Positions 13,301-25,300 of a stretch of DNA of 64,000 bases are shown here, piece after piece; the stretch's first letter is position 1, and each line of letters starts with the position of its first letter. Both the position numbers and the translations under genes were made by a program. The notes below the pieces were generated by a model that saw nothing but the letters and a program-made list of their open reading frames with translations, made no database searches and had not been told where the DNA came from. The DNA lies in assembly GCA_040285825.1 (NCBI GenBank), contig JAUPSS010000001.1, positions 434,001 through 498,000 on the forward strand, written 5' to 3'. Source of the DNA: Eukaryota sp. TZLM1-RC. Its lineage: Eukaryota > Protista > Metamonada: BaSk clade.

Positions 13301-16300
13301 ATTCATTTAACGATCTTTATGATCTCAACTATTCTTCTACTTTACCTTTATCTTGTAGAAGTGTGGATGTTTTACAAGACGATTCTCTGAATTGTGCATT
13401 AAATCTCGATCCAACTACTAACCGTGTTGGTGTCCTCAACATGGCTAATGAGGAACATCCTGGTGGTGGTTATCTCACGGGTGCCAGTGCTCAGGAAGAA
13501 TCACTTTTCAGAAGAACAACTCTAGGTGCTGCTTTGGATCCTGAACAGTATGGTGGACAGGTAGTTTCTGGTCAAAGGGTAGCATATCCATGGAAAACAG
13601 CTAAAATTGATGTTGTAGTTACCGAAAATGTGGAAATTTTCAAAACAACGGAAGCTACTGGATGTCAATTGCTTGAAAAACCACAAAGAGTTACCATTAT
13701 AAGTACTGCTGCTCCTCAGGAGCCAGAAATCTCAGAAGTTGAAAACTTTGGTGAAGACTATGCTCATTTTGATGATTTACAATTACTATACAAGAGATGG
13801 ACTTGTGTCTTTTTAGCTGCTATTAAACACGGAATTACTCATTTAGTGATTTGCCCTCTTGGTTGTGGAGCTTTCAGAAACCCTATTCCCGGTGCAATGA
13901 CTGTTTTATCATTTGTACTTTCCATTTTCCACAAGTTTTTTGATTCAATTACACTCAGTGCTTCTGAAGATCTTTATTCCAGCTGTGCATCATTATTAAG
14001 TGTTCAATCTATTAATGAATCTCGCCAGCTCAAACTCCCTTGTAGGTACCTTCTCAGTGAGTGTCCTTACATTAATGATTCCATTCACCGTGACCAGTTT
14101 GTTCATCCCACACATTGCCCTAATGGCAATTCGTGTTTAATGAAAAATTCACTTACACATGCTTCATTGCTTAAACATCCTGAAAAATGCAGAAAATTCA
14201 GTAATTGTGAATTACATGGCAAAGATTCAGTACATGACTCTTTGCATGATCACGCTGATCCTTGTCAAATGGGTGTTTATTGCACAGATTATTCTGATCA
14301 CCACCGTCGATCACTCTTCCATCCTCCTCTCTGTCCACAAGGAGTGGGTTGTTCAAACAGGACTAGTTGTCTCTATTCTCATGAAAGGGTTCAATGTCCC
14401 AACCCAAACTGTGTTGATTTAACTAGTGATCACCTGAACTCATTCAACCATTCACCCTTGGCTGACGATCCATTTGTTAACATCGAAAGTAGATGTATGG
14501 AGAGGTTTGTCTGTCGACACGGTAGGTCATGTAATAATAACGAACCTGAACATACTGAAAGGTTTATCCACATTGTTCGTCCAGAATGTCTTGGATGTGC
14601 ATCCTCCGATGAGGTTCATCTTTCAACGTACCATCACGTTGGCGTCCAAGACCTTCGTCCTTCGTGTCCTAATGGTGCAGCTTGTAAGAATTTGCTAAAC
14701 TTAAACCATGTGTATGAGTTTAGCCATCCGTCAAGCAAAGCTTTTGATATTGTTGGCAATTTGACTCCTCCTTCAAGGGGTTCAGAAGATCAAATTGATT
14801 TTTCACTCAATGTGGATCGTTTAGCTGGTTTTTGCATACCTCCAAACCAACAAACTCCACTGAATATCACCTCTATTGCTCACTTCATTCTTGGATTAAA
14901 ACCAGTTCATAGAATAAACGTGGAACCATTTCTTTCTTGCTTGGTCCATGGCAACTTCTATTCTCTAGAATATATGAAGACACAACTTTCTCAACCAGAA
15001 AGTGTTTTCTCCATTGCTCATGGCCACTTTAAACTCCATAGATACAGTAATCGTGCAGCAGTTGCTGATTATGTAGCTTTGGCAGCAAAGAATAAGTTTC
15101 TTGACATGAGAAACTTTGCATCGGATTATGGTGCTCAACAAGAAGCAAAGAGATTATTAATGATGAATGACACCGCTGACCTTGATGAACTGGCTGATTC
15201 TATTGCGGAAGCTGCCAATGAACTCAACAATTTGGCTACTAAGGAAAAATCCCGACAGGAGGATTGGAATTGGTTACCGCAAGGACAAAGAGCTCGGCAC
15301 CGATAAAACTGTATTTGCCAATCTTGGACCAAACACGTACAAGTCATATGGTCCCATTGCCATTTTCTTTAAGGAAGAGCTCACCAAGCACCCTGCCTCC
15401 TTTTTACACCTCACTGCCGCGACCTTCCATTACAGTCAGCCTGGATTGAAGTATCGAAGCCATGTCCCCGTTCCTGGAGAAGCCCACACCCCAGAACGTA
15501 TTGATTTTTACTACAAGTTGATACAAAATCTTGGTTGTTTAAAGGCTGCAGAAACGCTTGCTTGGGATTTGGCTAAGATGGTGGTTGAATATCGTCAACA
15601 GAAAAGAGGCGAATCAAGGCATGTAACTGATGTTACAGTTGAAGATTGTATCAATATGATGCTCAAATTGAACAGCCATAATTCTTTTGAATGTCACCTC
15701 CCTTCATCCATTCCCTTTTCACATGTTCGCCACATATTAATGCCTAAAGCCACGTTTGACTCGCTGCCACCAAATGTTCAACAGCAGCTATTTGAGATGG
15801 GAAATCTTGTCGATGATTTTTTGAAGGTTATTGACGGGGATGAAACATCAAAAGAATACAAAGATGTCATGAAAAAACTTTCAAGTACCACTGTTGATAA
15901 TGATAATGTTGCCTCTTTCCAAGGGTATAGCTTCGTTTTGAAAGCGTTGCCCTTTTTCACTATTCCCGAGTCCATTGGAGTTTCAGAACCTATTCATATC
16001 GCTTTCAGTGTAATGGCTTCATCAAACTTTCATGTGTTGCTTGTGATTGAAGGGTATTCAACTTTACGATTTGCCTTTCAACAAGGTACAATTTCCCTTT
16101 ATACGAACCAGAATGATCTTCTTTGTAGGCAAAGATTGTATTTCCCTTCAAGATTGGCTCAATTGTACCTGCGCTTTGGTCTTTCTGTTGAACGTGCAAC
16201 TGGTAAGATATTACTGCAACGAATTGGAAAGGAATGTAGCTTCAAGTTTGATCCTTTACAGTTTACGTTAGCTGAACCTATCACTTCCACTAATCCTTGT

Positions 16301-17020
16301 TATATTGGATTCAAATTAGACGGTGATGGTTATGCTTCGTTTAAGAATGTTTTGCTTAAAGCCTCTAGAACGATGATTTCTACGGTATCAGGTAGTGCTG
16401 CTGAACTTACGCTTAATCGTTTTAATTCTAATACTTTAGCATCTGATCCACCATTAGGAAATAAACGTGATTCAGATGACGATCCAGATTCTTCATTATC
16501 ATCATTGAGAATTAATCCTGACGAAAATGTTGATACTTCACGTGTGAATAACGTAGAAGCTCCACCTACTGAACGCAATCCACTTTGTCCTCATCCCTGG
16601 ACTTGTTCCTTCTACTATGATGACAAAAGGGCAAGAACTTCTCAAGGGGTACAGCATCAATCCAACTATCGCCACATATGTCGTTTCGGATATTCATGTA
16701 GAAACATAAATGATACAAACCACACAGACCATTTTATCCATATTCAACGTGAAAAATGTCCACAAGGGGAGAGTTGTAGAGAAATTGCCGATCCTGTTCA
16801 TCGCTTCAACTATGCTCATGGTACGCTCCATCTTATTCCATACAAGTGCAAGCATGGAAGTAACTGTCGTCGAAAGGAATCTCCGTCTTGCTTCAGAAAA
16901 TATGGTCACTGGGAAGTGGATAATGATCCTAGTGGTGTTGTTATGCCCAACTTACAATCAAATGATCGTTCTCTTTCAGGATTTCTCCATAGAGTGGCTT
17001 CAGCTATAGGCTTTAACTGA
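10345..17020 (+). CDS. Pseudokinase / microbial-type PARG / PBZ zinc fingers / putative ADP-ribosyltransferase fusion protein, copy A; one +1 frameshift at 15245-15249
   Basis: ORFs 10252-15306 and 15167-17020 join when one A is removed, matching copy B. Kinase GEGSCG..HMNIKPEN..DFG..APE; PARG LNMAN..PGGGY..GASAQEE..GCGAFRNP; 13 C-x-C-x-H-x-H/CCCH fingers. Start assumed at ATG 10345 (upstream ATG at 10252). Confidence 0.82.
13417..16949 (+). repeat. Left arm of a 3.5-kb near-identical inverted repeat (partner 38175-41706)
   Basis: Direct comparison shows only scattered substitutions and one 1-bp indel (3533 vs 3532 bp). Confidence 0.95.
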
Positions 17021-18109
17021 AATTCTTAACTCTTATATTGTTTCTTCACTGTTTTTTGTGAATTGTATAAATATGAATGTAAGTAATTTTTTTAACAACA
17101 TTCACACTTGAAATATACTATCAACATGCCTCAAAGAAATTATTCTCCGAAGTTTCAATCTGACTAGCCTCAATCTGAGTGATAGATATTACAATACAAA
17201 TTCTTGCACAATAACAATTGCCACTGTGACATTCTATTCTCAACTCAGATGTCGCTGTCGATTCTGGAGAAGCTTTCTAGGAGCCTTTCTAAAAGCCTTT
17301 TCATCTTTGAAAACACCATATCTGTTCTGTGCTCCAGTTGAACTTCCACCCAACAGCATGATTACTATATTCGAATAGCACTTTATGCCCGCTATGTGCT
17401 TCAAATCATAAAGTGCGGAAGAACAAAGAAGCATAAGCTAACACCAACGTTCCCTCTTGGGCAAGTATGATGCCATTTAAATTCACTGGTGAGTTTTGTA
17501 CCATATTGATTCATTGACTCTCGTTCATAAGCTTCTATTTAGCTGAGTTTATAATGTAGTGTGCTCAGACCCCAACAAATTGCCATCTTTACATTTGAAG
17601 AATTGCTTGAACTTTCTTTGATTGTAAACATGCGATAATGGATTTACAAAAAAAGCTAAATGTTTTTTTTGAATATATTCGTCAGCCATTTCAATTTCCG
17701 AACAAATTTTTAGAAGGTCAAGATCAAAAGTACAAAATCGAAATAAATTCTTCAACTCCTGATTCTGATTCAAGAACTACTGAAAAAATAATCAACATAT
17801 CTAGTTCTTTCGAACTAGACATGGAATACTGTTCTGTGTCGGTACACCACTCCGCCACCATTGGATCTATTAATTCAATTCAACATGTCTTTGAATATAT
17901 TCATTGTGATACAATAAGCCCACTTGCTACGAATGTTTATGGTAATAAGAACCAACTTCACTTCGTTGACGCATTCTCTAAATTCTGTATTCTTGTTCCT
18001 GTTTTCACTATAACTGTTTTATCGTAATTAACTCTGTCTTGGCTCATGTCTGATTTGTCTTTTTAGCTCCATATTCAATTTGATTCTGACAATAAATTTA
18101 AATTTAACA

Positions 18110-19468
18110 TTTAACGTTTTCGGTCCTAAATGTGTGTTTTGGATCAAAAATTAATCATCTTCTTCGTTCTTTATCTCCCACAATTTCTCATGATTTTGCA
18201 CGTCAATTTAATACTTTGAGAACAAATTTCTTAGGAAATTTAGTAGAAGTTTGTCCACCTAAAATTCCTTATCATGCATTTTTTAGTCCTAAATTTGGTG
18301 GAGTTGGTTTTTCAAAAGCAGAATATTTATGAAAAAGTGCTTTTATTGGTGGTATGAAAAATTTTCTTTTTGAGTGGAAACTTCGTTTTGATCATATTCC
18401 TTTGAATGAATCACATTCTTTATTAATTTTTCTTGAAAACATGGTGCAGGAACTACCTGTTGATGTTTGGAATAGGAGTTTTCCTTCAAGTTTGCCTGCT
18501 GTGCCTCCGAGATCTTTCACCAATCTTCATCTTGCTGTTGTTAAATTACAGAAGTCTGTTCTTATTGGTTTTGAAGACCTGGATTTTTCTAAACGACTTA
18601 GTGTGACTAAGATTAATAATCCCGTCTTTGCTGCCTGTTTATCAGACATTCAGAACTGTACTAGTTTAATATCTCAGCAACCAAGGCCATTTGGTCTTCA
18701 CTTAACAAATGAAGCTTGGAAACAAAACATGCGGTTGAGATTAGGGATGTGTCCAAGTGGTCTTTTGGACAATTCTTATTGTATTTGTAACAAAAAACCT
18801 ACTGCCAATTTTCGTCATATTGTGAGCTGTAAGAAATTTCTCCAATATAGGTCAGTTCTTCATAATGCCGTTCGTGATGTGACATATGAGATGTTCAAGT
18901 GTTACAATTTTAGTTGCAAAGTAAAACCTTTGTTGAAGTATTATAGTGATGATAATCTTTTTAATTCACGTCGAGGTGATTTAATTGCTCCTTTTGTGGG
19001 TTCCTCTCAAGTTGTTGTTTATTTCACTACAGTTGATCCCTTTGCTTTTGTTTATCGCGATGATGTTTAACTTAGTACTAATGGTCATTTAAACAAGGCT
19101 GAAGATCGTAAGAGAGATAAATATACTGAGATATTAAATGATTTAAATAAGAACCTTTATTCGAAGTTTTCGTTTGTTCCTTTTGCCTTTTCGATTTTTG
19201 GCAACATTGGACAATCCGCCTTGAATTTCATCAATGATTTAAGTAATTTATGTCGTTCAAGTGGTAAGAATTTTGCAGAGAATTTATGGAAAAATCGTAT
19301 CATTTTCGCTTTGTACAGTAGCTTTGTACAGTGTTCCCAAGTACTTGAGTTTAACGATGTCCAAACTTTGTAAGGATTCATCAAGAGTTGGCGTGGAGAA
19401 TTTAGTTTCTTATGTGTTTTAGTTTGTTTTGTTTTTATTTGATTCTTCGTACAAAATAAATAAATATA
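18110..19468 (+). mobile_element. 5'-truncated CRE-like non-LTR retrotransposon (RT thumb, CCHC, RLE)
   Basis: KINHLLRS, FGGVG, CICNK..HIVSC, HNAVRD, RRGDL, K..KY, FVPFAFSIFG; ends aataaataaatata. Confidence 0.85.
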
Positions 19469-19940
19469 TGATAAAAATACATTTAAATTCTTTAATTTTT
19501 TTTCATTCCTGTGTCAATTTCTGACTGTTGATCACACCATCTTTATACATCATTTTAACCAATCAAATTACTTGTGGAAAGACATCCTAAATCAGTTGAA
19601 CAGACTCTTAGTAATGTGCTTCAGCGTTGTGCTGCTTGTGAATCCCTGTGATTTTTCTTTGCCTGTGATTTTTCATATGTAGCTGCTAATAAAGGCGAAC
19701 ATGTCATTGATACTATCGATTTTATAAATCAAAACAAGGCCAGCATGATTTGGTGCGATAAAACAAGCATTGTCCAACTTGTTGACTCCAGCAAGAATAC
19801 CACTTTGGGTTTGTGGTTTGGAAAATAAACTATTTTATTAAAAACAGAATACCACTGCATACAAAAGACATTTGTTATTACATGAAGATCCACCTAGGAA
19901 GAAAAACCTGTTTTCCAGAAAAAAAATGAAACAGAGGTAG

Positions 19941-20038
19941 TGTTGGCGGTAGCTAAGTGAGTTTTTTGTTTTTGTAGCCGATGACGTGTCATCAGCGTAT
20001 TTAGAATTGTTTTGTTATCGAATTCTCCAGTTTCTACA
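19941..20038 (+). repeat. Putative 3' LTR (~98 bp)
   Basis: TG...CA after a PPT; contains gatgacgtgtcatc, similar to the core of the 9090 LTR. Confidence 0.5.
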
Positions 20039-20044
20039 ATAGTT

Positions 20045-20540
20045 GGTGGTATTGAAATTCAAGCCAAATTGTATTCAATTGATGCTATTCGTCATTTGGG
20101 TTCGTTTTTAGGAAATAATGATGAAGTCACCAAGAAATTGGTCATTTTCGGATCAAATTGACCGAATGATGACTTTAGATGTACAGAAACATATCAAATT
20201 TACCAAAACAAGACTGTGTATTGGTTCCAACTTCAATCATATATTTCGATCTACAAATCCTCTTATTAATAAATCTTTGGTCCAGAAGTTTAATGAATTA
20301 CGTGCAAAGATTTTAGTCACAATTACTGGGATGTAAACTGTTTCAAATTCCTGATCTTGTATATATTAGTACATATTATGGCGGATTAGGTTGGACGAAG
20401 GCTTCTACTTACTTCGTGTGCTTTTGTTGGTGGATGCAGAAATGTAATGTTTGAGTTTTCTGAAAGATTTGCAGATTGGGAAGATTTATTAATGACAACA
20501 CAAAGTTCCACTGTGTTTGCATTTAATTAAGAAATTTGAC
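20045..20540 (+). mobile_element. CRE-like non-LTR RT/thumb fragment
   Basis: IRHLGSFLG, FNHIFRS, YGGLG; its 3' part matches the reverse complement of 37800-37880. Confidence 0.7.
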
Positions 20541-20544
20541 AAAA

Positions 20545-20880
20545 ATTTTTATTCAACAACAAATATGAAAACATAAAATACACAATTAAAACTCCACATC
20601 CTTAAAACCTGCTTTCCCTACATCAAAACAATTAATTGCTAAAGATTCAGAAAATTTCCCAAATGAAGACAGTGAATCAGAAATCAGTTTTACCATTCCC
20701 CTAACAATAGAAAATACAATCCTGTTTTGCCAGTAAACACGATTGAAAATTCTCCCAGTTCTTTTCTTTACTACTACAACAAAATCCTCAAGGAAAGCCA
20801 TAGCAGCCTTACCCAAAGATCCAAGCAAAGAAACAACAAAGAGACATAAATTATGTGGAGCATGAAATTTTTCATATTGT
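20545..20880 (-). mobile_element. CRE-like RLE C-terminal fragment
   Basis: SLLGSLGKAAMAFLEDF..YWQNRIVFSI. Confidence 0.7.
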
Positions 20881-21714
20881 TTGTGAAAATGTTTACATTA
20901 TAAAAAATGAGTAATTGTAATTCTTCGACTACATTTACAAATTAAGATATGAGGTAATTTATCATGCCACATAAAGGAAGAAAAACTCATATTCAAAGTC
21001 CAACCAGAATCAGTTCAGAGAGTTCCATAAACTTGAGGATTGCATGTTGCTAAAGCTGAAGACGTTGCCTTAAGTTGGAGAATTACAAAAAGGACAAGTT
21101 AATTTATTTTCTATTGATATTCAAAAGCCTTAATGTGCCAACGAAGATGTACTATCACACTTAAGCGAAATCATTGTGATTTTGTGTGGATTACATAGTT
21201 TCTCAACTAATACTTCGACTAATTGTGACAATGTATTGACACTGCTTAACCAAAATTTTACTAAATATAAATGTAATCACGTACATTAAACATGGCATAC
21301 ATCAACGTTGAAATGAGAAGAATCAAGAATCAATGATTGACATCCTTTGCTGGCAATATAAAATTAAATTCGATTTTGTTACTGAAAACTGTAGTCAGAT
21401 AGGAAATTGAACCCAGATTATTCTGCTTTATTTTTCCCGTAAATGGGTTACCAATTACATCAGATAATCCCTATCAATTGCTGACACAATTCAATATTTA
21501 TAGCACACTTTTGATCAACTGCAATACAGAAGAGGTTTCACCATTGACAACCATTCACTTTGATATACTGGAATCAACAATGTAATGAATTTTCAGATGT
21601 CAAAACTGCCTGAGAAAATGTTATCATTATTCCCGCCAAATTACAGTATGTTTCAGTAAATTATTCATCATGTTTAGTTGAAGTTGTACTTCTTACGATT
21701 TCAATAATTGCCGT

Positions 21715-22330
21715 TACATTACATGATGCTGTTAGAGACACTGTTTTCAATATGGCACAAACTGCAAGGATATCGTGTGTCAAAGAGCCCCTGCTGAAGG
21801 AAACACTTTCTCTGAATAATTTTGGTTCTGATGATAGAGGTGTATACTGTGATTGGATTGATAATTTTGAAGTTATTGTGGACTTTGTCTCATGTAATGT
21901 TGCAAATGATACTTTGGTTGACAGAAAAAAACTTAATCCTGTGGCTGCTCTGAATTTTAAAGCAAAAGAGAAACATAGAAAATATGATAAAGATATTGAG
22001 GATGCTAATGTCGATAGAAATACACAGCTGGTTTTTATTGCTTTCCCATTTTCGATAAATGGAAGATTATCAGATGAAGCAGAAACTTTTTTGAATGACT
22101 TCCAAAAAATGGTGCAGGAAAAAACAATGAAAAGATTTGATATTTTTTTATGGCGTTCACGGATTCAAATTGCCATTATTAATAGATTACCGCGGTTTTT
22201 CAATCGAATAAGAGAAGCTTTAGCTAGACAGCAAGCAAATCAAGATTTTGTAGAGGAAATCTTGATTCATTGATAGTCGTCCCATTAGTAATGAATTAAT
22301 ATAAGTAAGTGTACATGTTCAATAAATATA
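21715..22330 (+). mobile_element. CRE-like RLE domain and 3' end (same family as 36754-37880)
   Basis: HDAVRD, EPLL, DDRG..VDFVS..KEKHRKY, FPFSING; 3' UTR ends aataaatata. Confidence 0.88.
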
Positions 22331-25300
22331 CTTATTTAGAACCTTGTAATTATTCTTCTGGTTTTCCATGTTGCATTGATAAACACTTAATCCGTTTGTT
22401 CTATTTTCACGTGCACAAAACATTTTTTCATCTTTAGCCAACAAAAATCGCTTACAGAAAGTTTATATAGACTTTCGTTTTTGCTTGAGTGGCATGTATT
22501 CATATATTAAGTTGAGTCCCCGTTGTTCTTTCTCTGGTCGATCTTATCATTCCACTATAATCGTATGGCCAGATTTTTGTGTTTTCGCAAATGGAAATGC
22601 TTTTAACTAACCGCGCTCTGACTTTTGATAGCCAATTTAATATAATAGACAAATCTAGGTGTTTTGCTAAGACCATGAATTGAATCTTAATTCTCGATAA
22701 TCAGACCATAGCAATTGCAGCAACTATATCCCAATTGTACAAGTTCAATTTATTCAATTATTAGTAGATTTACTGGTCACTCCACATACAATTTGATGTT
22801 TGGCAGTGACCACAGCCCTAGAGCTGATCCTAGTAATATGTTTGAACTAATAAAATCAGATAATGAAATAATCCCTTTGTTAATGACCTTGAAACAAAAC
22901 TTAAAAGAATTTCCAAGAAGATAGAAAAGGCAGAGCTCAGATAAGCTCAACAACTTATGAAGTTAGCAAACATAGGAATTCTTGTAATCAGGGTTACTTA
23001 GTTTAACGTCTAACGACTAATGATAAACTCCATGGTTGCTGCGCTGGCCCTGTTCTCCTTGAAAAATTGAATTCTAATGAAAGTTTATTAATCTTGTCAC
23101 TGGTTCGATGTCAACGGCTAGCACTTATCATTGTTAACTACGCCTCTTTGACTTTTCTAGTGAAGATAAAAATTGACATAACAACATTGTTGTCGGTGTT
23201 ATGGATGAATCTGTTATTATTGAAATTATAGATCACTTCGATTTTATAAACTATAATAACAAGGTTCCTTGTAGCAACGCAATTTGGGATGGTGAATAAC
23301 TTCCAAATAATGGTTCAAGAAAAACAATAAAAAGATTTTATGTTTTTGTATGGTGTTCACTGATTCAATTTGCCATTATTAATGGATTACCATGGTTTTT
23401 CAATCGAATAAGAGAAGCTTTAGCTAGAAAGCAAGCAGATCAAGATTTTGTAGAGGAAATCTTGATTCATTGATAGTCGTCCCATTAGTAATGAATTAAT
23501 ATAAGTAAGTGTACATGTTCAATAAATATACTTGTTTAGATCCTTGTAATTATTCATCTGGTTTTCCATGTTGCATTGATAAACACTTAATCCGTTTGTT
23601 CTATTTTCACGTGCACACAACATTTTTTCATCTTTAGCCAGCAGAGATCGCTTACAGAAAGTTTATATAGACTTTCGTTTTTGCTTGAGTGGCATGTATT
23701 CATATATTAAGTTGGGTCCCCGTTTTTCTTTCTCTGGTCGATCTTATCATTCCACTATAATCTTATGGCCAGATTTTTGTGTTTTCGCAAATGGAAATGC
23801 TTTTAACTAACCGCGCTCTGACTTTTGATAGCCAATTTAATATAATAGACAAATCTAGGTGTTTTGCTAAGACCATGAATTGAATTTTAATTCTCGATAA
23901 TCAGACCATAGCAATTGCAGCAACTATATCCCAATTGTACAAGTTCAATTTATTCAACTATTAGTAGATTTACTGGTCACGCCACATACAATTTGATGTT
24001 TGGCAGTGACCACAGCCCTAGAGCTGATCCTAGTAATATGTTTGAACTAATAAAATCAGATAATGAAATAATCCCTTTGTTAAAGACCTTGAAACAAAAC
24101 TTAAAAGAATTTCCAAGACGAAAGAAAAGGCAGAGCTCAGATAAGCTCAACAACTTATGAAGTTAGCAAACATAGGAATTCTTGTAATCAGGGTGACTTA
24201 GTTTAACGTCTAACGACTAATGATAAACTCCATGGTTGCTGCGCTGGCCCTGTTCTCCTTGAAAAATTGAATTCTAATGAAAGTTTATTAATCTTGTCAC
24301 TGGTTCGATGTCAACGGCTAGCACTTATCATTGTTAACTACACCTCTTTGACTTTTCTAGTGAAGATAAAAATTGACATAACAACATTGTTGTCGGTGTT
24401 ATGGATGAATCTGTTGTTATTGAAATTATAGATCACTTCGATTTTATAAACTATAATAACAAGCTTCCTTGTAGCAACGCAATTTGGGATGGTGAATAAC
24501 TTCCAAATAATGGTTCAAGAAAAACAATAAAAAGATTTTATGTTTTTGTATGGCGTTCACGGATTCAATTTGCCATTATTAATGGATTACCGCGGTTTTT
24601 CAATCGAATAAGAGAAGCTTTAGCTAGACAGCAAGCAAATCAAGATTTTGTAGAGGAAATCTTGATTCATTGATAGTTGTCCCATTAGTAATGAATTAAT
24701 TTAATCCAGTGTGCATGTTCAATAAATATACTTATTTAGATCCTTGTAATTATTCTTCTGTTTTTCCATGTTGCATTGATAAACACTTAATCCGTTTGTT
24801 CTATTTTCACGTGCACAAAACATTTTTTCATCTTTAGCCAGCAGAGATCGCTTACAGAAAGTTTATATAGACTTTCGTTTTTGCTTGAGTGGCATGTATT
24901 CATATATTAAGTTGGGTCCCCGTTTTTCTTTCTCTGGTCGATCTTATCATTCCACTATAATCTTATGGCCAGATTTTTGTGTTTTCGCAAATGGAAAAGC
25001 TTTTAACTGACCGCGCTCTGACTTTTGCTGGCCAATTTAAAATAATAGACAAATCTAGGTGTTTTGCTAAGACCATGAATTGAATCTTAATTCTCGATAA
25101 CCATACCATAGCAATTGCAGCAACTATATCCCAATTGTACAAGTTCAATTTATTCAACTATTAGTAGATTTACTGGTCACGCCACATACAATTTGATGTT
25201 TGGCAGTGACCACAGCCCTAGAGCTGATCCTAGTAATATGTTTGAACTAATAAAATCAGATAATGAAATAATCCCTTTGTTAAAGACCTTGAAACAAAAC

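Larger units (their letters stand above)
17820..20038 (+). mobile_element. Decayed Gypsy integrase plus PPT/LTR, interrupted by a non-LTR insertion
   Basis: FEYIHCDTISP..HFVDAFSKF at 17890-17990; C-terminal remnant at 19500-19920; gaaacagaggtag followed by TGTTGG at 19941. Confidence 0.65.

Noticed and set aside
15241-15255. Programmed -1 ribosomal frameshift in copy A
   Set aside because: No canonical X XXY YYZ slippery heptamer, and the paralogue is simply in frame.
22328-22580. U1-like 5' end (ATACTTATTTAG) plus Sm-like site (ATTTTTG)
   Set aside because: Mismatch to ACTTACCTG, spacing too long for U1, and both motifs are expected by chance in AT-rich DNA.
22715-22924. Repeated 69-aa ORF (MQQLYPNC...) as a real multicopy gene
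   Set aside because: It starts at TTG and is a frameshifted piece of Gypsy integrase; it is broken in unit 7.
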